From Basidiobolus meristosporus CBS 931.73 (taxonomy: Eukaryota; Fungi; Basidiobolomycota): DNA of 64,000 nt. Below are positions 1 to 14,473 of this stretch, piece by piece. Below the pieces are notes generated by a model. The model was not told the origin of the DNA, made no database searches, and saw only the letters and a list, made by a program, of their open reading frames with translations. The stretch covers positions 133,581 to 197,580 of the forward strand of contig MCFE01000046.1 in NCBI GenBank assembly GCA_002104905.1, in the 5' to 3' direction. The position numbers and the translations under genes are program-made. The first letter of the stretch is position 1, and each line of letters starts with the position of its first letter.

Positions 1-1398
1 CCAATTGTGCACGTGATGCATATATTACAAGTAGGCGCAATCATCCGTGCCAACCTCATTGTGTCAGATTGTGCCATAGTGTGCGAGATTGTCCTGCATA
101 GTGCAAAATTGTCCAAGAACAATCCTGCCTTCTGGTAGCTATAATATTGTGCCCAATTGTTCTTTACAACTGCAGATTGTGCTGCACGCCCTGGCACAGT
201 ACAATGGAACAAGTCTACTGTGTACCTGATATCTTGATAAAAATTTTTTAAGTAAATCCCAACCAGAATTTTGGTCAGTTTTATCTAGTACTTGAAGATA
301 ATGATCTAAGTGACCAAGTTAGGTCAATATTTAGGTGAGATTACAAGCTCTACAACACTCCCACTCATCCAAATGTCCATACTAACTAGTCCTAGATTTG
401 ACCTAAGATATTGAAACTTGTCTCTACCTAATGGCTTGGTAAGCATGTCTGCAATCAGTTCATCTGTAGGACAGTAGGTTAAGTAAGCCATGTTATTCTC
501 TATAGCTTCATATATCAAATGATGTCTAATATCTGTGTGCTCAGCTCTAGCATGAAAAGTTGGATTTCTACCTACTTGTATACATCCTTTATTATCTTGA
601 AATAAAGTAATATGCATTTTTCGACATCTGCCTAAATCTTTAATAATATTCCTTAGCTACATTGCTTCTTTTGTAGCATCAGAGGCTGCCATGTACTCTG
701 CCTCTGCAGTAGAAAGTGCCATGGATAGTTGCTTTCTTGAATTCCATGAAATTGCTCCTTTGTAGTAAGAAAGGTGCATGCCTTGATGGATCTTCTGTCT
801 TCCAAATTTTGTCCCCAATCAGCATCAGAGTAACCCACAAGATCCTGTTTTAAATCCTTATAAGTGTATCTTAGGTAGGTATTAGTATTTCCTTTTAGGT
901 ATCTAAAGATCTGCTTAACTGCTGCAATATGATCAGATCCATAATTCTGATTATGTTGGCTGACAACTTCCAATGAATATGAGATATCTGAACATGCTAT
1001 AAGCATAAAATGCCTCAAACAGCCAACCATAGACTGATAAGGAGACTTAGAGCTTTCAGATGGCACCTAGCTCTCTTTATTTGGTAGAGTTTTGTCAGTG
1101 TAGTGAAGGTTTGTCTCCATTGGGGTAGCTGCCAGTTTACAGTCTTCTATTTGGTACTTCTTTAGTATATCTTGAATATAATGGGATTGGCTTAGGGTGA
1201 GAGTCTGGGTACCTCCATCTATGGAGAACTTTATCCATGAGTAGTAACTGAGTTCTCCTAGATTGGACATCTTGAACTCCTTACATAGATTGGATTTGGT
1301 CTCTTCTGATGCTTCTAGGTTATTGGCAGCTATAATAATATCATCAACATATAGAGCTAATAGAGCTAGATTTGCTCTATCTGGCTTATACTATATAC

Positions 1399-1745
1399 TT
1401 TTGTAGGAGTCTTGGAGATATTGGAAGTGATGGTGAGGACAAGTAGATTATGTGGCTTTCACTTAATGTTTGTTGAATTTAAAAGTAGTATTTCTACTTT
1501 TACATGGTCTTGGCATACAAACACATAGAATAGGCCAAGGAAGGTCCAAAGAACATGCGTGCAAAGTCTGGAGCTACTTGGACAACTTTGAGAATTTTCA
1601 TATTCTGGGAGCCTGGTATTTTGGTGGAAATATTTCAAGTAAATCCCAACAAGGAATTTAGTCAGTATTCTCTAGTATTTGAAGGTAATGATATAAGTGA
1701 CCAAGTTAGTTGCAACTTTAAGTGGACTTACAAACTTATACAACA
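1399..1745 (-). mobile_element. Solo copia LTR with 5-bp TSD TATAC
   Basis: Same LTR family as 6174-6522; TATAC at 1394-1398 and 1746-1750; removing it restores the RT sequence seen near 7545-7570. Confidence 0.85.
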
Positions 1746-1918
1746 TATACTATAGTCAGCATTACTCCTTTTGAAACTCAAAGATTCCAAATAAGAATCT
1801 ATTTTGCAAATCCAGGCTCTTGGTGATTTTTTAAGTCCATATAGAGACTTTTTAAGCTTGCAGACCAAATGGGGGTCATCTTGATCAACAAACCCATCAG
1901 GCTGGTTCATATACATGT

Positions 1919-2985
1919 TGTGGTAATGTATAAGTCCAAGGGAGAGATACATCCAACACTTCTCAAGTGTTTTGTGTCTGGGATGTTCACTGGGTACAAT
2001 AACCTCTGGCAAAAGCTTGCTAGGAATACTTGGGTTCTGTCTCTAATCTAATGTGATGGGGAATAAAGCCACAAGCTTGTCAAGGGAAAATTATTGAGCT
2101 GCACTCCCCAACTTAGTTGGCGTCTTAACAAAAGTATGTGCTGGGTTCAGCATCTGTTGAGATGACAATGTACTAAAGCTCCCAAAGTCAAAACAACTGT
2201 AAACTCCATCAGCAGGGACTTGATAAGAATGCAGCTGTGGTCAATAGTTACAAAGACAGAAAAGTATCTTTGCCTGTACAAGAATAAACTTGGAAAAGAA
2301 TCAAATATAATAAAAGATACCAACTCTGAGTATTCCTCACAAGTAGTGCCTCCAAGGTCAGTTTGCTGTCAGCGTGATTTCCTGGATGTGTCCTATTGTT
2401 GGGGTTGGAAGTTCAGGTAGCAGCAGGTAGCAGTGATCACACTAATCAACAAGTTGGTATATTGATAAAAGTGATGATTATTATTTGTTGAGGGATAGCC
2501 TCCCTTATATACTTTTCTTACTGGCTAAGTGATTACTAATCATGGTGTTCCAGAAGGTTTCAGATATCAATAGATAACTTAATGACACCAGAATGACCTC
2601 CAAATGTTCTAAGTAGGTGCCAGAAGGTTCTAAGAGGTACAGCACATCCAACTAATCATGAAACAGTACTCTGAACCTGTGCAACATAGGGATACCATAT
2701 ATGGTATGGAAATGGTAGGGATGGTGGCACAGGTTGTTCATATGTCACAGGTGCTGGTGTGTCTACCTGCCTATTATAGAAGCACTTACATTTAGTAATC
2801 TTACATATTGTGAGGGATAACCTATGAAATAGGTAAGCTGGTGTAATAGTCAACTGGCTTATGGGATAGTGCTGATCAGGTAAGACAAGCGGGATAAAAC
2901 TAAAATATGTGTAGTAGAGAAATAGGGAAGTAGAAAAATAGGAATGAGCACATCTGTCAGTGGGTGTCACTGTGACCCCACTGCA
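1919..2985. mobile_element. ~1.07 kb solo LTR (TG...CA) with 4-bp TSD derived from ACGT; second copy at 56301-57372
   Basis: Collinear with 56301-57372 end to end; flanks ATGT/ACAT; excision restores host codons DQDVYMN. Confidence 0.85.
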
Positions 2986-5099
2986 ACATCCTGATCAAGT
3001 TCTCCATTCAAGAATGCAGTTATTGCATCCATTTGATGAATAAAAAACCTATATTTGGCTGCAATAGCCAATATTAATCTGATGGAATTAAACTTGGCTA
3101 CAGGTGCAAAGGTCTCAGTATAGTCAAGTCCTTTTGTTTGTGAGTATCCTTTGGCCACAAGTCTTGCTTTGCATTGTTCAGTGATACTATTGGCCTTGTA
3201 TATAGTCATAAAGACCATCTGCATCCAATTGATTTTTGGTTAACTAGCAATTTGACTATGTTCCAAGTTTGATTTTCCATCAGAGCCTGATATTCCCCAG
3301 TCATTGCAGATTGCCAGAACTCTTTCAGAGTGCTATTAAGGGCTTCTTTTACAACCTGGGGCTCATCAATATGGACTGAATAGGCAAAGGCTAAGTTTGT
3401 ACCCTCTTTGATATAGAAATTTAGGCTATTTCTTGTCTGGTTGGATCAGTGAGCATTTAATACTGGAATGATTACTTCTGGGATATTACTGTGCACTGAC
3501 TCAGGCTGAGTCATGGTTGTCCAGTCCTCTGGAGTGAAGAAATTTTCATTGTTTTGCTAAGATTTAATCCTGACAATTGGTGGACTTGAGATCAAATATT
3601 TGTCATCATTTGATGTCATTTTTTGAAAACATCTTGAATTTTCATCAAACAACATATCTGTGGACCTGATCAGCTTCTTTGCTTTGGTATTTCAGAGTCT
3701 TTATGCTTTACTCTGATTGCAGTAGCCCAAAAATATGCATTTTATACTTTTTGGCTCAATTTTACCTGATTTACTGGCAGTTTCTTGGCATATGTTGTAC
3801 ACCTAAATATTCTTAGATGTTCTGCACTTGGTTAATATTCATCCCATGCTTTAAGTGGAGCAGAATCACAAATTATTTTGCCATAACTCCTTTTCTTAAA
3901 GTATACAGCTGTGGCAACCAAATTCACCCAAAAATTATAGGATAATTTTTGATCATAGATCATAGATCTTGCCACATCAATTATTGATCTGTTTGCACAT
4001 TCTGCTACTCTGTGTTGCTGTGGAGAGTATGGTACAGTAGTCTCTTGCTTTATCCCATGAGTTTTGCACAAGTGGATGAAGAGTTTTGAGGTAAATTTTC
4101 CACCATTGTCAGAGTGTATTTTATTGATTTTTCACCAGTTTCTCACTCCTCAATGGCTTTGAACTCCCTGAGCTTAGTGAGAGCTACTTCCTGTCTCTCC
4201 ATAAGGTAGACCCACATAACTCTTGTATAATCATCAATAAAAGTGACTTAATACTTCATCCTGCCTAAGGATTAATTTTGCTTAAGTCCACACAGATCTG
4301 AGTGAATTAGATCTAATTTTTCTTAGTTATGAACATCCCAGAGATATTGAACAATTGTCTGGCTTGTTTCCCATACGTGCAGGCTTCATGGAGTTCCAAA
4401 TCAGCTGGGGGATCAACTTTTACTCCAGGAATTAGCTAATCTGTGAGCATGTAGTGCAAATAATCAATATTGATGTGTCCAACTCTCCTGTGCAAAAGTA
4501 TTGGTGTTTCTTCATTAAAGTTATTTATATTAGCTTCCAGATATGATAAAATATAAGTCACTTTATAGAGACTCTGATCTCTGATGCCCAAAGCAATATG
4601 CGCACCATTTTGATCAGTGATCCTGCATCCAGAATTGTCAAAGCTGAAATGAGTCCTTCTGCTGTGGCCTTGCTTACAGATAGTAGGTTCTTAGCTATTT
4701 CTGGTACATAAAAGACTTGTTCCATTTGATAGTGCCAAATGGTGCTATAGTGTGCTAGAGAGGCTAAGTGAGCGTATACTTGGCCACAGAGTGTGCAGCA
4801 CAGCTCTGCATCTTCATGCAAAGCAGCCCCTGTGTTTCACTCATTGTGATGGAGAAAATCCATTTCTTGACCTTTTTTTTTAGGTGAATGTTGTAGAGGA
4901 TGTGCAAGTGCACAAAGGGTTGAAGATATGCATCTGGTACTCAATACCCATGGCACTCTGAATCTAGCTCCTGTGGCTTGTAACATGTCACAAAAATGCA
5001 TGGCACTATTTTGGTCCACTGGTACTATCCTTCACTATATTTAAATATCAACCCTAAAGTAAGATCAATACAAAGCACTTATAATGCCGGATAGAATTC

Positions 5100-6129
5100 C
5101 CTTACCAATCTATGGTGGGCAGTCTGATGCATTTTATGCTTGGAACATTTCCAGATATCTCATATTCTGTGGGAGTGGTTGGCCAGCATAATCTGAACTA
5201 TGGATCTGATCATATTGCAGCAGTTGAGTGAATTTTTAGATACCAAAAAGGAGCTGTTAATATCTGCATAAGGTACACCTACAAGGATTCCAAGTCAGAT
5301 CTTGTGGGATACCCTAAAGCAGATTGGGGAAGAATCTTAGAAGACAGATGATCCACCTCAGGATACACTTTTCTTTAATCTAAAAGAGCAATTTCATAAA
5401 ATTCAGGAAAGCAACCAACTTTAGCACATTCTACCACAGAGGCAGAGTATATGGCAGCCTATGAAGCTACAAAGGAAGCAATGGGGCTAAGAAAGCTTTT
5501 TAAGGACTTAGTCTTATGTCAAAAAACACCTATTAAAGTATTTCAAAGTACTTGTGGATGTATACAATTAGGTAGAAATCCAGCTTTTCATGGTGGAAAT
5601 AAGCACATGGATACTAGACATCATATCATATGTAAAGCTATCAAGAGTAACTTAGCCAACTAAGTTAACTGTCCTAAAGATGAAATGATTGCAGAGCTAT
5701 TTACCAAACCATTAGCTAGGGACATCTGAATCTCATAGATCACTTTGAGGATTAGTCAACATAAATATTCAGATGAGTGGGAGTGTTGTAAATATTTTCA
5801 ATAGCACCTAAGTACCACCCAAATGTAGGCACTTAAATCATTATCTACAAATCTTGGAGAACAATGACCAGATTCCATGTCAGGATATACCAAGAGTATT
5901 TTCACAAAAATACCAGGCAACTTGATCATAAAAATCCTCAGAATTGTCCAAACAGCCCCAAGCTTTTCATATGTGCTCTTGGGACCTTCCTAGGCTTGTT
6001 TATGTGTTTGTCATGCCAAGAATATAGTAGAGTATAAATACTACTTTTACACTTAGTATATTATTAAGTGGAAACCACATAATCACTTGTCCTCCAAATC
6101 ACTTCCAATATCTTCAAGACCCTTACAAC
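5100..6129 (+). mobile_element. Copia RT/RNase H remnant with PPT and 3' LTR (5784-6129)
   Basis: STTEAEYMAAYEATKEA-like fragment; GAGTGGGAG PPT followed by TGTTGTA...TACAAC. Confidence 0.85.
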
Positions 6130-6173
6130 CGGAATTTGCTTACAATATTTTCACCAAGATATCAGGTACCTAG

Positions 6174-9100
6174 TGTTGTAAGAGTCTTGGAGATATTGGA
6201 AGTGATTGGGAGGACAAGTAGATTATGTGGTCTTCACTTAATGATTTATTGAATGTTGAAGTAGTATTTATACTTTTACATAGTGTTGGCATAGCAACCA
6301 CATAGCATGGGGTGAGGAAGGTCCCAAGAACATGTGTGCAAAGTTTGGGGCTGCTTGGACAACTTTGAGAATTCTCATGTTCTGGGTACTTGGTATTTTG
6401 ACAAAAATATTCAGAGTAAATCCCAGCAAGAAATTTGGTCAGTATTCTCTAGGATTTGAATGCAATGATCTAAGTGACTAAGTTAAGTGAATATTTAGGT
6501 GGAAATACAAATTTCTACAACACTCCCACTCAGCTTAATGGTCATACCAACTAGTCCTAATTTGACCTAAGATATTCAAACCTGTCTCTAGCTAATGGTT
6601 TGGTAAATATGTCTGCAATCATTTCATCTGAAGGACAGTAAACTAAGCTAACTAAGTTATTCTCAATAGCTTCACATATGAAAGGATGTCTAATATCTAT
6701 GTGCTTAGTTCTGGCATGAAAAGTTGGATTTCTACCTTTTTGTGTACATCCTTGCTTATCTTGAAATAAAGTAATAGGCATTTTTTGACATAGGCCTAAA
6801 TCTGTAAAAAGCTTTCTTAACCACATTGCTTCTTTTGTAGCTTCACAAGCTGCCATATACTCTGCCTCTGTGGTAGAAAGTGCACAGTTGGTTGCTTTCT
6901 TGAGTTCCATGAAATTGCTCCTTGACAGTAAAGAAAGGTGTATCCTGTGGTGGATCTTCTGTTTTCCAAATTTTGTCCCCAATCAGCATCAGAGTATCCT
7001 ACAAGTTCTTGTTCTGAGTCCTTATAAGTGTATCTTAAGCAGATATCAGCAGTTCCTTTTAGATATCTAAAAATCCGCTTAATTGCTGCAATATGATCAG
7101 ATCCATAGTTCTGATTATGCTGGCTGACAACTCCCACTGAATATGAGATATCTGGATGTGTCCCAGGTATTATATTGATCAGACTGCCAAGCATTGACTG
7201 ATAAGGAAAGTCTGGACTTTCTGATGGCACCAAGCTCTCTTGATTTGGTTGTGTTTTGACCAAGTTAAGGTTGGTCTCTATTGGGGTAGCTACTGGTTTA
7301 CAGTCTTCCATTTTGTACTTCTTTAGTATATCTTGAATATACTTGGATTGAATTAGAGTTATAGTCTGGGTACCTCTGTCTATGGAGAACTTAATCCCCA
7401 AGTAGTTATTGAGTTCTCCTAGATTACACATCTTGAACTCCTTAGATAGGCTGGATTTAGTCTCTCTAATGTCTCTAGGTTATTGGTGGCTATAACAAGA
7501 TCATCCACATACAGAGCTAATAGTACTGTACTTGCTCTATCTGGCTTATAGCATATACTATAGTCAGCATTAGTCCATTTGAAACTCAAGGATTCCAAAT
7601 AAGAATTTGTCTTGCAATTCCAGGCTCTTGGTGATTGTTCAAGACCATATAGAGACTTTTTAAGCTTGCAGACCAAATGGGGGTTATCTTGGTCAACAGG
7701 CCCATCAGGCTGGTCCATATGAATGTCCTCATCAGGTTCACTGCTCAAGTATGCAGTTTTTACATCTATTTGATGAACAAAACAACTATACTTGGCTGCA
7801 ATAGCCAACATTAATCTGATGGAATTAAACTTGGCTACAGGTGCAAAGGACTTAGTATAGTTAAGTCCTTTTGTTTGAGAGTATCTTTTGGCCACAAGTC
7901 TTGCTTTGTATTGTCAAATGGTACCATCTGCCTTGTATTTTGTCTTAAATACCCATCTGCATCCAATTGATTTTTGATTGATTGGTAATTTGACTAAGTC
8001 CCATGTTGGATTTTCCATCAGGGCCAGATATTCTCCAGTCATTGCAGATCTCCAAAACCTTGTCTGAGGGCTATCAAGGGCCTCCTTTACAGTCTGGGAC
8101 TCATCAATATGGACTGAATAGGCATAGGCCAAGTTTGCACCCTCATTGATATAGCAATTTGGGCTATTGCTTGTACAACTGGATCTCCCAGCATTTGATA
8201 CTGGAATGATCACTTCTGAGATATTCCTGGGCACTGTTTTGGGCTGAACCACAGTTGTAGAGTCCTCTGGAGTGAAAAAATTTTCATTGTTTTGCTCTGA
8301 TTCAATACTGACAATTGGTGGACTGGAGATCAGATTTTTGTCATCATCTGATGTCATTTTTTGTCAGAATTTTGAATTCTCATCAAACAACACTTCCCTG
8401 GACTTGATTAGCTTCTTTGCTTTGGTATTGTAGAGTCTGAATGCTTTACTTGGATTGCAGTAGTCCAAAAATATGCATTTTATACTTTTTGGCTCAAATT
8501 TTGACTGATATCCGGGCAGTTTCTTGGCATATGCTGTACACCCAAGTACTCTTAGATGTTCTGCACTTGGTCTGTATCCATACCATGCTTCAAATGGAGT
8601 AGAAGCACAAAGTATTCTGTTATTACTCCTGTTTACAAGGTATACAGCTGTGGCAACTGATTCCACCCAAAAATCATAGGATAATTTTTGATCATGGATC
8701 ATAGATCTTGCCATATCAATTATCAATCTGTTTGCACATTCTGCTACTCCAATTTGCTGTGGGGAGTATGGTAGAGTAGTCTCTTGCTTTGTCCCATGAA
8801 TTTTGCAGGAGTGGATGAAGAGTTTTGAGGTATATTTTCCACTACTGTCAGAGTGTATTTTCTTGAATTTTTTAACCAGTTTCTCTCTCCACCATGACCT
8901 TAAACTCCCTGTACTTAGACAGAGCTTCTTCCTCTCTCTCCATGAAGTAAATTCACATGTATCTTGTATAATCACCAATAAAAGTGATTAAAAATGTCAT
9001 CCCACCAAAGGATAAATTTTGCATAGGTCCACATAGATCTGAGTGAATTAGATCTAATTTTTTCTTAGTTTTGATTAACCCAGAGCTCTTGAACAGTTGT

Positions 9101-10838
9101 CTGGCTTGTTTCCCATATATGCAGGCTTCAAGGTGCCTCAAATTAGCTGAGGGATCAATTTTTACTCCGGAAATCAGCTGATCTTTGATCATTTTGCGCA
9201 AATAATTTATTTGATGTGCCCAAATCTCCTGTGCTAAAGCATTGGTGTTTCTTCATTTCAGTTACTTATATTGGCTTCCAGATATGATGGAATATAAGTT
9301 AACTTGTACAGATTCCAATCTATGATACCCAAAACAATATGGGCACCATTTTGATCAATGATGTTGCATCCAGAATTGTCAAAGCTGAATTTGAGTCCTT
9401 CTGCTGTGGCCTTGCTTACAGATAATAGGTTCTTAGCTATTTCTGGTACATAAAGTACTTCTTTAAAGGTCAGTATATGGCTTCCTTCACTACTTCTTAG
9501 GCTTACTTGGATAGTTTCTTCTCCCACTACATCAAGTGCTCTATTGTCACCCATGAAAACCTTCCCAATTGGAATTTCTTGATATTGAGTAAAAAGATCT
9601 TTTTGGTGTGTAAAGTGTTGAGATGCTCCAGAGTCAATATACCATGCCTGAGAATTCTTGTTTGTGATGATATTTAGTGCAGATTTGAATAGTCTATCTT
9701 CAGTTGTTGCAGCATTTCCATATTCAGGCTTTTTCTGCTGACTATCCCTCTTTTTGAAGCATTGGTCTGATGTGTGTCCTTTCCTTTTAGAGTAATTGCA
9801 AAACAAGTTGCTATTGCCTTTAAAAGGCCCTGGGTACCTCCTTTGCTGGTTATTGTTGCTTATTAAAGCATTTTCTTCTTCCTTCTTGTTGGTGCTTGAT
9901 GTTCTTAATTCTTCATCAAAGAGCCTTCCATATACATAATTTAAGGTCAAATCTTCAGTACTGGACTCTAGGGCCAATACAAGGCCATGAAGCTTGTCTG
10001 TCAGGTTATTCAGGATGGTTACTTTCACATCCTCATCAGTAGTTGGTACACCCACAGATTTCATCTCATCTACCAGCAGGGCAATTATGTTAATTATATT
10101 TTTCATTTGTTCTCCTGGAAGCCTCTTGGGAGTAGGGAATTTTTGTCTCAGATACACTTTCTTTACAGCTGAACATGACTGGTAGGTGTCTTCTAATGCC
10201 TTCCAGGCATTCTTTGCTGTTTTTGCTCCTGAGCATTGAATTAGCAATTTGTCTTTAACATTAAGGCAAATGCTGTTAAGGGCACTTTGTTCTTTCTTCT
10301 GGTACTTTAAGGCTTCCTCTCCCATGCTTTTGGGAGGGCATTCTTCTCCCATGACAATATCCCAAATGCCTCTTTCTTTTAGCAGCATCTTCATCTTCAC
10401 CTTTCACACTTGGTAGTTAGATCCATCCAACTTTTCAGCAGAGGGAAAAATTCCAGTAATAGCAATAGGAGACATTGCAGAGTGTGACAGCTTGGGGCTC
10501 ATAACCTGTTGTAAGAGTCTTGGAGATATTGGAAGTGATTGGGAGAACAAGTAGATTATGTGGTTTTCACTAAATGATTTATTGAGTGTAAAAGTAGTAT
10601 TTATACTTTTACATGGTCTTGGCTTAACAAACAAGTAGAATTGGTTAAGGGAGGTCCCATGAACATGTGTGCAAAGTTTGGAACTGTTTGGACAACTTTG
10701 AGAATTTTCATGTTCTGGGTAAATATTCTAAGTAAATCCTAACAAGGAATTTGGTCAGTATTCTCCAGAATTTGAAGGTAATGATCTAAGTGACTAAGTT
10801 AGGTGAATATTTAGGTGGAATTACAAATTTCTACAACA
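6174..10838 (-). mobile_element. Full-length but frameshifted Ty1/copia element with both LTRs (6174-6522, 10507-10838), inserted into an opposite-orientation LTR
   Basis: gag with CCHC-like motif, protease WYIDSGASQH, IN HSDLCGP, RT and RNase H in copia order; PBS GGTTATGAGCCC (copia tRNAiMet-fragment type); TSD CCTAG/CCCAG; flanks rejoin as CAGGTACC(C)AGAACATG. Confidence 0.92.
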
Positions 10839-11839
10839 CCCAGAACATGAAAATTCTCAAAGTTGTCCAAACGGTCCCAAACTTTGCACACATGTTCATG
10901 GGACCTCCCTTAACCAATTCTATTTGTTTGTTAAGCCAAGATCATGTAAAAGTATAAGTACTACTTTTACATTTGATAAAGCAATAAGTTATAACCACAT
11001 GATCAACTTGTTCTTCAGATCACTCCCAATATCTCCAGGACTCATACAACATATTTATGCCTTTGAGGCATACTTTATCACTTTTGCTCATGAGCATTGA
11101 ATTAGCAATTTGCCTTTGACATTTAGGCAAATACAGTCAAAGGCACTTTGTTCTTTCTTGTTGTTCTGTAAGGCTTCTCCTACTGCATCTTTAGGAGGAC
11201 ATTCTTCCCCCATGACAACATCCCCAAGGTCTCTTTGCTGCAGCAGTAACTTCATCCTCACCTTGCACACTTGGTAGTTAGATCCATCCAACTTTTCAGC
11301 AGAGGGGAAAATTCCAGTAATAGCAGTGGCGGACAATGCAGGGAGAGACAGCTTGGAGCTCATAGCCTGTGGTAAGAGTTTTGGGGATATTGGAAGTAAT
11401 TGGGAGAACAAGTGGTTTATGTGGTTTTCACTTAATGATTTATTGAATGTAAAAGAGTTTTTCTACTTTTGCATGGCCATGACAAAACAGGTTGTAAAAG
11501 TTTGTGATTCCACCTAGATATTCACTCAACTTGTTCACTTAGATCATTGTCTACAAATCTTAGTGAATACTGACCAAATTCCTTGCTGGGATCTACATGA
11601 AATATTTTCACCAAAAACATCAGGTACCCAGAACATGGAAAATTCTCAAAGCTGTCCAAACAGCCCCAAGCTTTACACACATGTTCTTGGGACCTCCCTA
11701 AACATATTTTATGCGTTTTTATGCCAAGACCATGAAAAAGTATAAATCCTACTATCACATTCCATAAATCATTAAGTGAAAACCACATAATCTACTTGTG
11801 CTCCCAATCACTTCCAATATCTCCAAGACTCTTACAACA
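10839..11839. mobile_element. Split LTR half (10839-11051), copia gag 5' fragment with partial LTR (minus), and solo LTR 11491-11839 (plus)
   Basis: Same LTR family; the fragment AEKLDGSNYQVCKVRMK matches the gag start at ~10400. Confidence 0.8.
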
Positions 11840-12702
11840 CAATCAGGCACGGAATCAAAAGGAATGAATAGTATATTGCCACGGCAATCATCCTGACCTT
11901 CCCTACCAAGCTTTTGGTGGAAGTGGAACTCCTCAGGTGGGCAAATAAGTGTAGGAGTATGCAGTCTGTACACTGGCTTGACCAGACTAACCAAAGTGGG
12001 AAGCTTCATTGGAATGATCAATATGGGAATGTGGTTGAGCACCGGTAGAACTACCCCTTGGAGTAGCAGAAGTCCGGGAAGTTTTCCAACATCACAACCC
12101 CAATTGGGAGGATTTTACTCTCTCCTCAGCCAGGTGTGAATTCTCTATGGGGATCACCTATGGCTCATCAGGTGCCAAACCGACTGCCCATCACCTTTCT
12201 TGGCCCAGCTAGGGCCCCGGGGGACGAATGCGTAGCAGAGGCCAGGGAGCTTCAAGGAACCCCGCTTTTGCCGCAAACGAATCAGATATGGGCATTTCTG
12301 GAGTGGGGGGGGAAGATTTGGGGATTTATTTATTTATTATTTAGACCGAATAGGGTGAGGTGGTAGGTGCGTATTTGGATATAGATATGTATATGGTTGT
12401 GGTAGTGGTGGTGGTGATAGAAATGGATCGAGTCGACCCGCTTGGCATGTATGGAATCAAACTGTGCATAGGGTTGGGGGATTGACAAGGATGGGTCTGT
12501 ACTCGCCCAATGTTGGCGGCTGTTGCGTCCTGGTGGACCGATTTGGGCGAATGGGAATCTCTAGCCGCTCGCCCAAGCTGAACCCAACGCCAAACCAGAG
12601 CCTGGGCTCGACCTATTCGTGGCATTCCCAGCACCGTAATGTGGGACTCCGGGCGGATGGGACCACCGGTGCGGTGGATCGAATGGGGGGGGTGGATGCT
12701 TG

Positions 12703-13936
12703 TTAGGAGACCGGCCTCGCTTGGTTGGAAGCCCGTTTCGAGGAGGTCCTTCTGGGATATGCGCTACCAACCATCGAGGAGGTGGACCCGTGCGCACTGT
12801 CGGGCAACTTGTGGACCACGCAGGCCAATGGGAACGCACCCTCTCCACCACGGGTGACATTCCGGCCCACCGCCCAGCCATCGTCGAACATCCACAACAC
12901 CAGTATACTGTCGCCCGGCTCGATACATAGCTCGTCCGCCATGGTGGGGGAGTACGGGAACTCGCACACGCACTCGTTGACCGAAGAGACCGCCGAGTTG
13001 ACCCTCAGCGTGCTGGTCGACGGCTTGGCAGCGTCCGGCTTCGGGAGCTCGCGCTGGGCCCGGTCGATCCTTCTCCGCTTGAGGAACAGGGCGATCCCTG
13101 CGATGAGACCGATCCCGCCCAGACAACCGAACACGATCGAGCACACGAGAATGGTGAGATCCCTGGGGCTGGATTCGGCCGGACACACCATCGCATTGCT
13201 GGAGCGGCAGCACGGGTCGGCCGAGAATTTACAGAAGGAGCAGAGGTAGGGGAGCTGAAGGGGGAGCAGGAAACCTGACCCGAGCAGAAGCGACGGTTAA
13301 TAAAGACATGCCATGCGAGGCGAACACGGGAACTTTCTACATACCACACGTTCTCTCCTGCTCCTCGGAGCCGTCGATGCACTGACCCACCGTACCGTTG
13401 AATGGGGTGACGTCGCACCAGGCCAGCAGGTTCGCCATCTTCCTGTCCTCCTCTTCCACCGGCGCTGGACAGGCGGTCTCGTTTCGGATGACCGTCTCCC
13501 AGCCCCGGGTGTACTGCTGGCAGGTCCCTTTACAGAGAGGAGGGATGGGGTTGGCCTGGTTGCATATCGAGGTGCTTTCGTCCATAAGAATACCCCGACA
13601 GGTGAAGCTGGACCGATACGGCGGCTCGTAAGTCCCGTCCCAACCCGAGCCACCTTGGCAGCCGAACCTGTCGTTGATGTCTTTCACGTCCGAGGGCGAG
13701 CCGAAGTAGAAGCTCATGGCTCGGTCGAAGGCGGTGACGTCCGTGGTGGGTATGCCGTTGACGATGGTCTTACTGGAGATGAGGTACTCCCCGAAGCTGG
13801 CCCCGCAGAAGTGGGAGTCCTTCAGGCTGAAGCAATCGGGTTTGGCGGGGGGGAGGGGCAACGGCTCCGGCAGGGAGACGGTCTGGGCGTGGGAAAGGGT
13901 GAACAGGAGGGGGAGGAAGGGGAATAGACTCGGCAT
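12703..13936 (-). CDS. Signal-peptide Cys-rich single-pass membrane protein with C-terminal SH3 domain (one intron)
   Basis: MPSLFPFLPLLFTLSHA signal; Cys-rich ectodomain; GTATGT...CAG intron joins TC|GFLLPLQLPYLC; TM ILVCSIVFGCLGGIGLIAGIALFL-KRRR; SH3 motif FPYSPTMADEL...DDGWAVG...EGAFPLACV. Confidence 0.85.
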
Positions 13937-14473
13937 GCTCTACTGGGGAGTTCGGTGGACAGGATCTGCTTGGTTGGAGGAATGCTTCATTCGACAAGAG
14001 ACCCGTGAAGGCTGGCCAAGGAGGCGATTGCGTTGTGGAGAAGAAATTAAGCTATTTTTCAGAAACATGGACAATACCGGTTTTGGCTCAGTGGAAGTTT
14101 CCCAAACAAATAGATCGCACCCACTTTAATGAAGACCACATGACCTGATTCATCGAAGATTCCATTCAGCCTCGTCAGCAAAGCTTATTTTTGTCAGCCT
14201 AAGGGCAGCCATCCCCATCCCCATCTCCGTCGCCGTCGCCATTGCCATTCCATTGTCGGTGGGTGGGAACTGCGGCCAACCTAGCCCATGCGGCCCACGC
14301 GGCAAATACGGGCATTTAGGGATTGGGAAGCAGGAATTGAGAATTGGGAATTGGGAGTGAAGAAAGCTTTTATTAATCACATGCTTGGAGATGAACGTTG
14401 TTGAGAATGAATTGATGGGGTTATATATCTATATATAATTTCGGGTGATAGACAGGGATGCTAGCAATGGCGC

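Larger units (their letters stand above)
205..4735 (-). mobile_element. Decayed Ty1/copia retrotransposon (partial 3' LTR ~205-357, PPT, RNase H, RT, integrase), interrupted by two solo LTRs
   Basis: ORF fragments with HTDIRHH/DMLTKPL (RNase H), [27 protein letters not shown] (RT) and VAECANRSIID (IN); many stops; CTCCCACTC (minus-strand PPT) abuts the LTR at 358. Confidence 0.9.

Noticed and set aside
4740-5030. Possible gypsy integrase fragment inside the copia relic
   Set aside because: Only vague similarity across broken frames.
11840-12640. Short ORFs downstream of the SH3 gene
   Set aside because: No recognisable motifs; low complexity.
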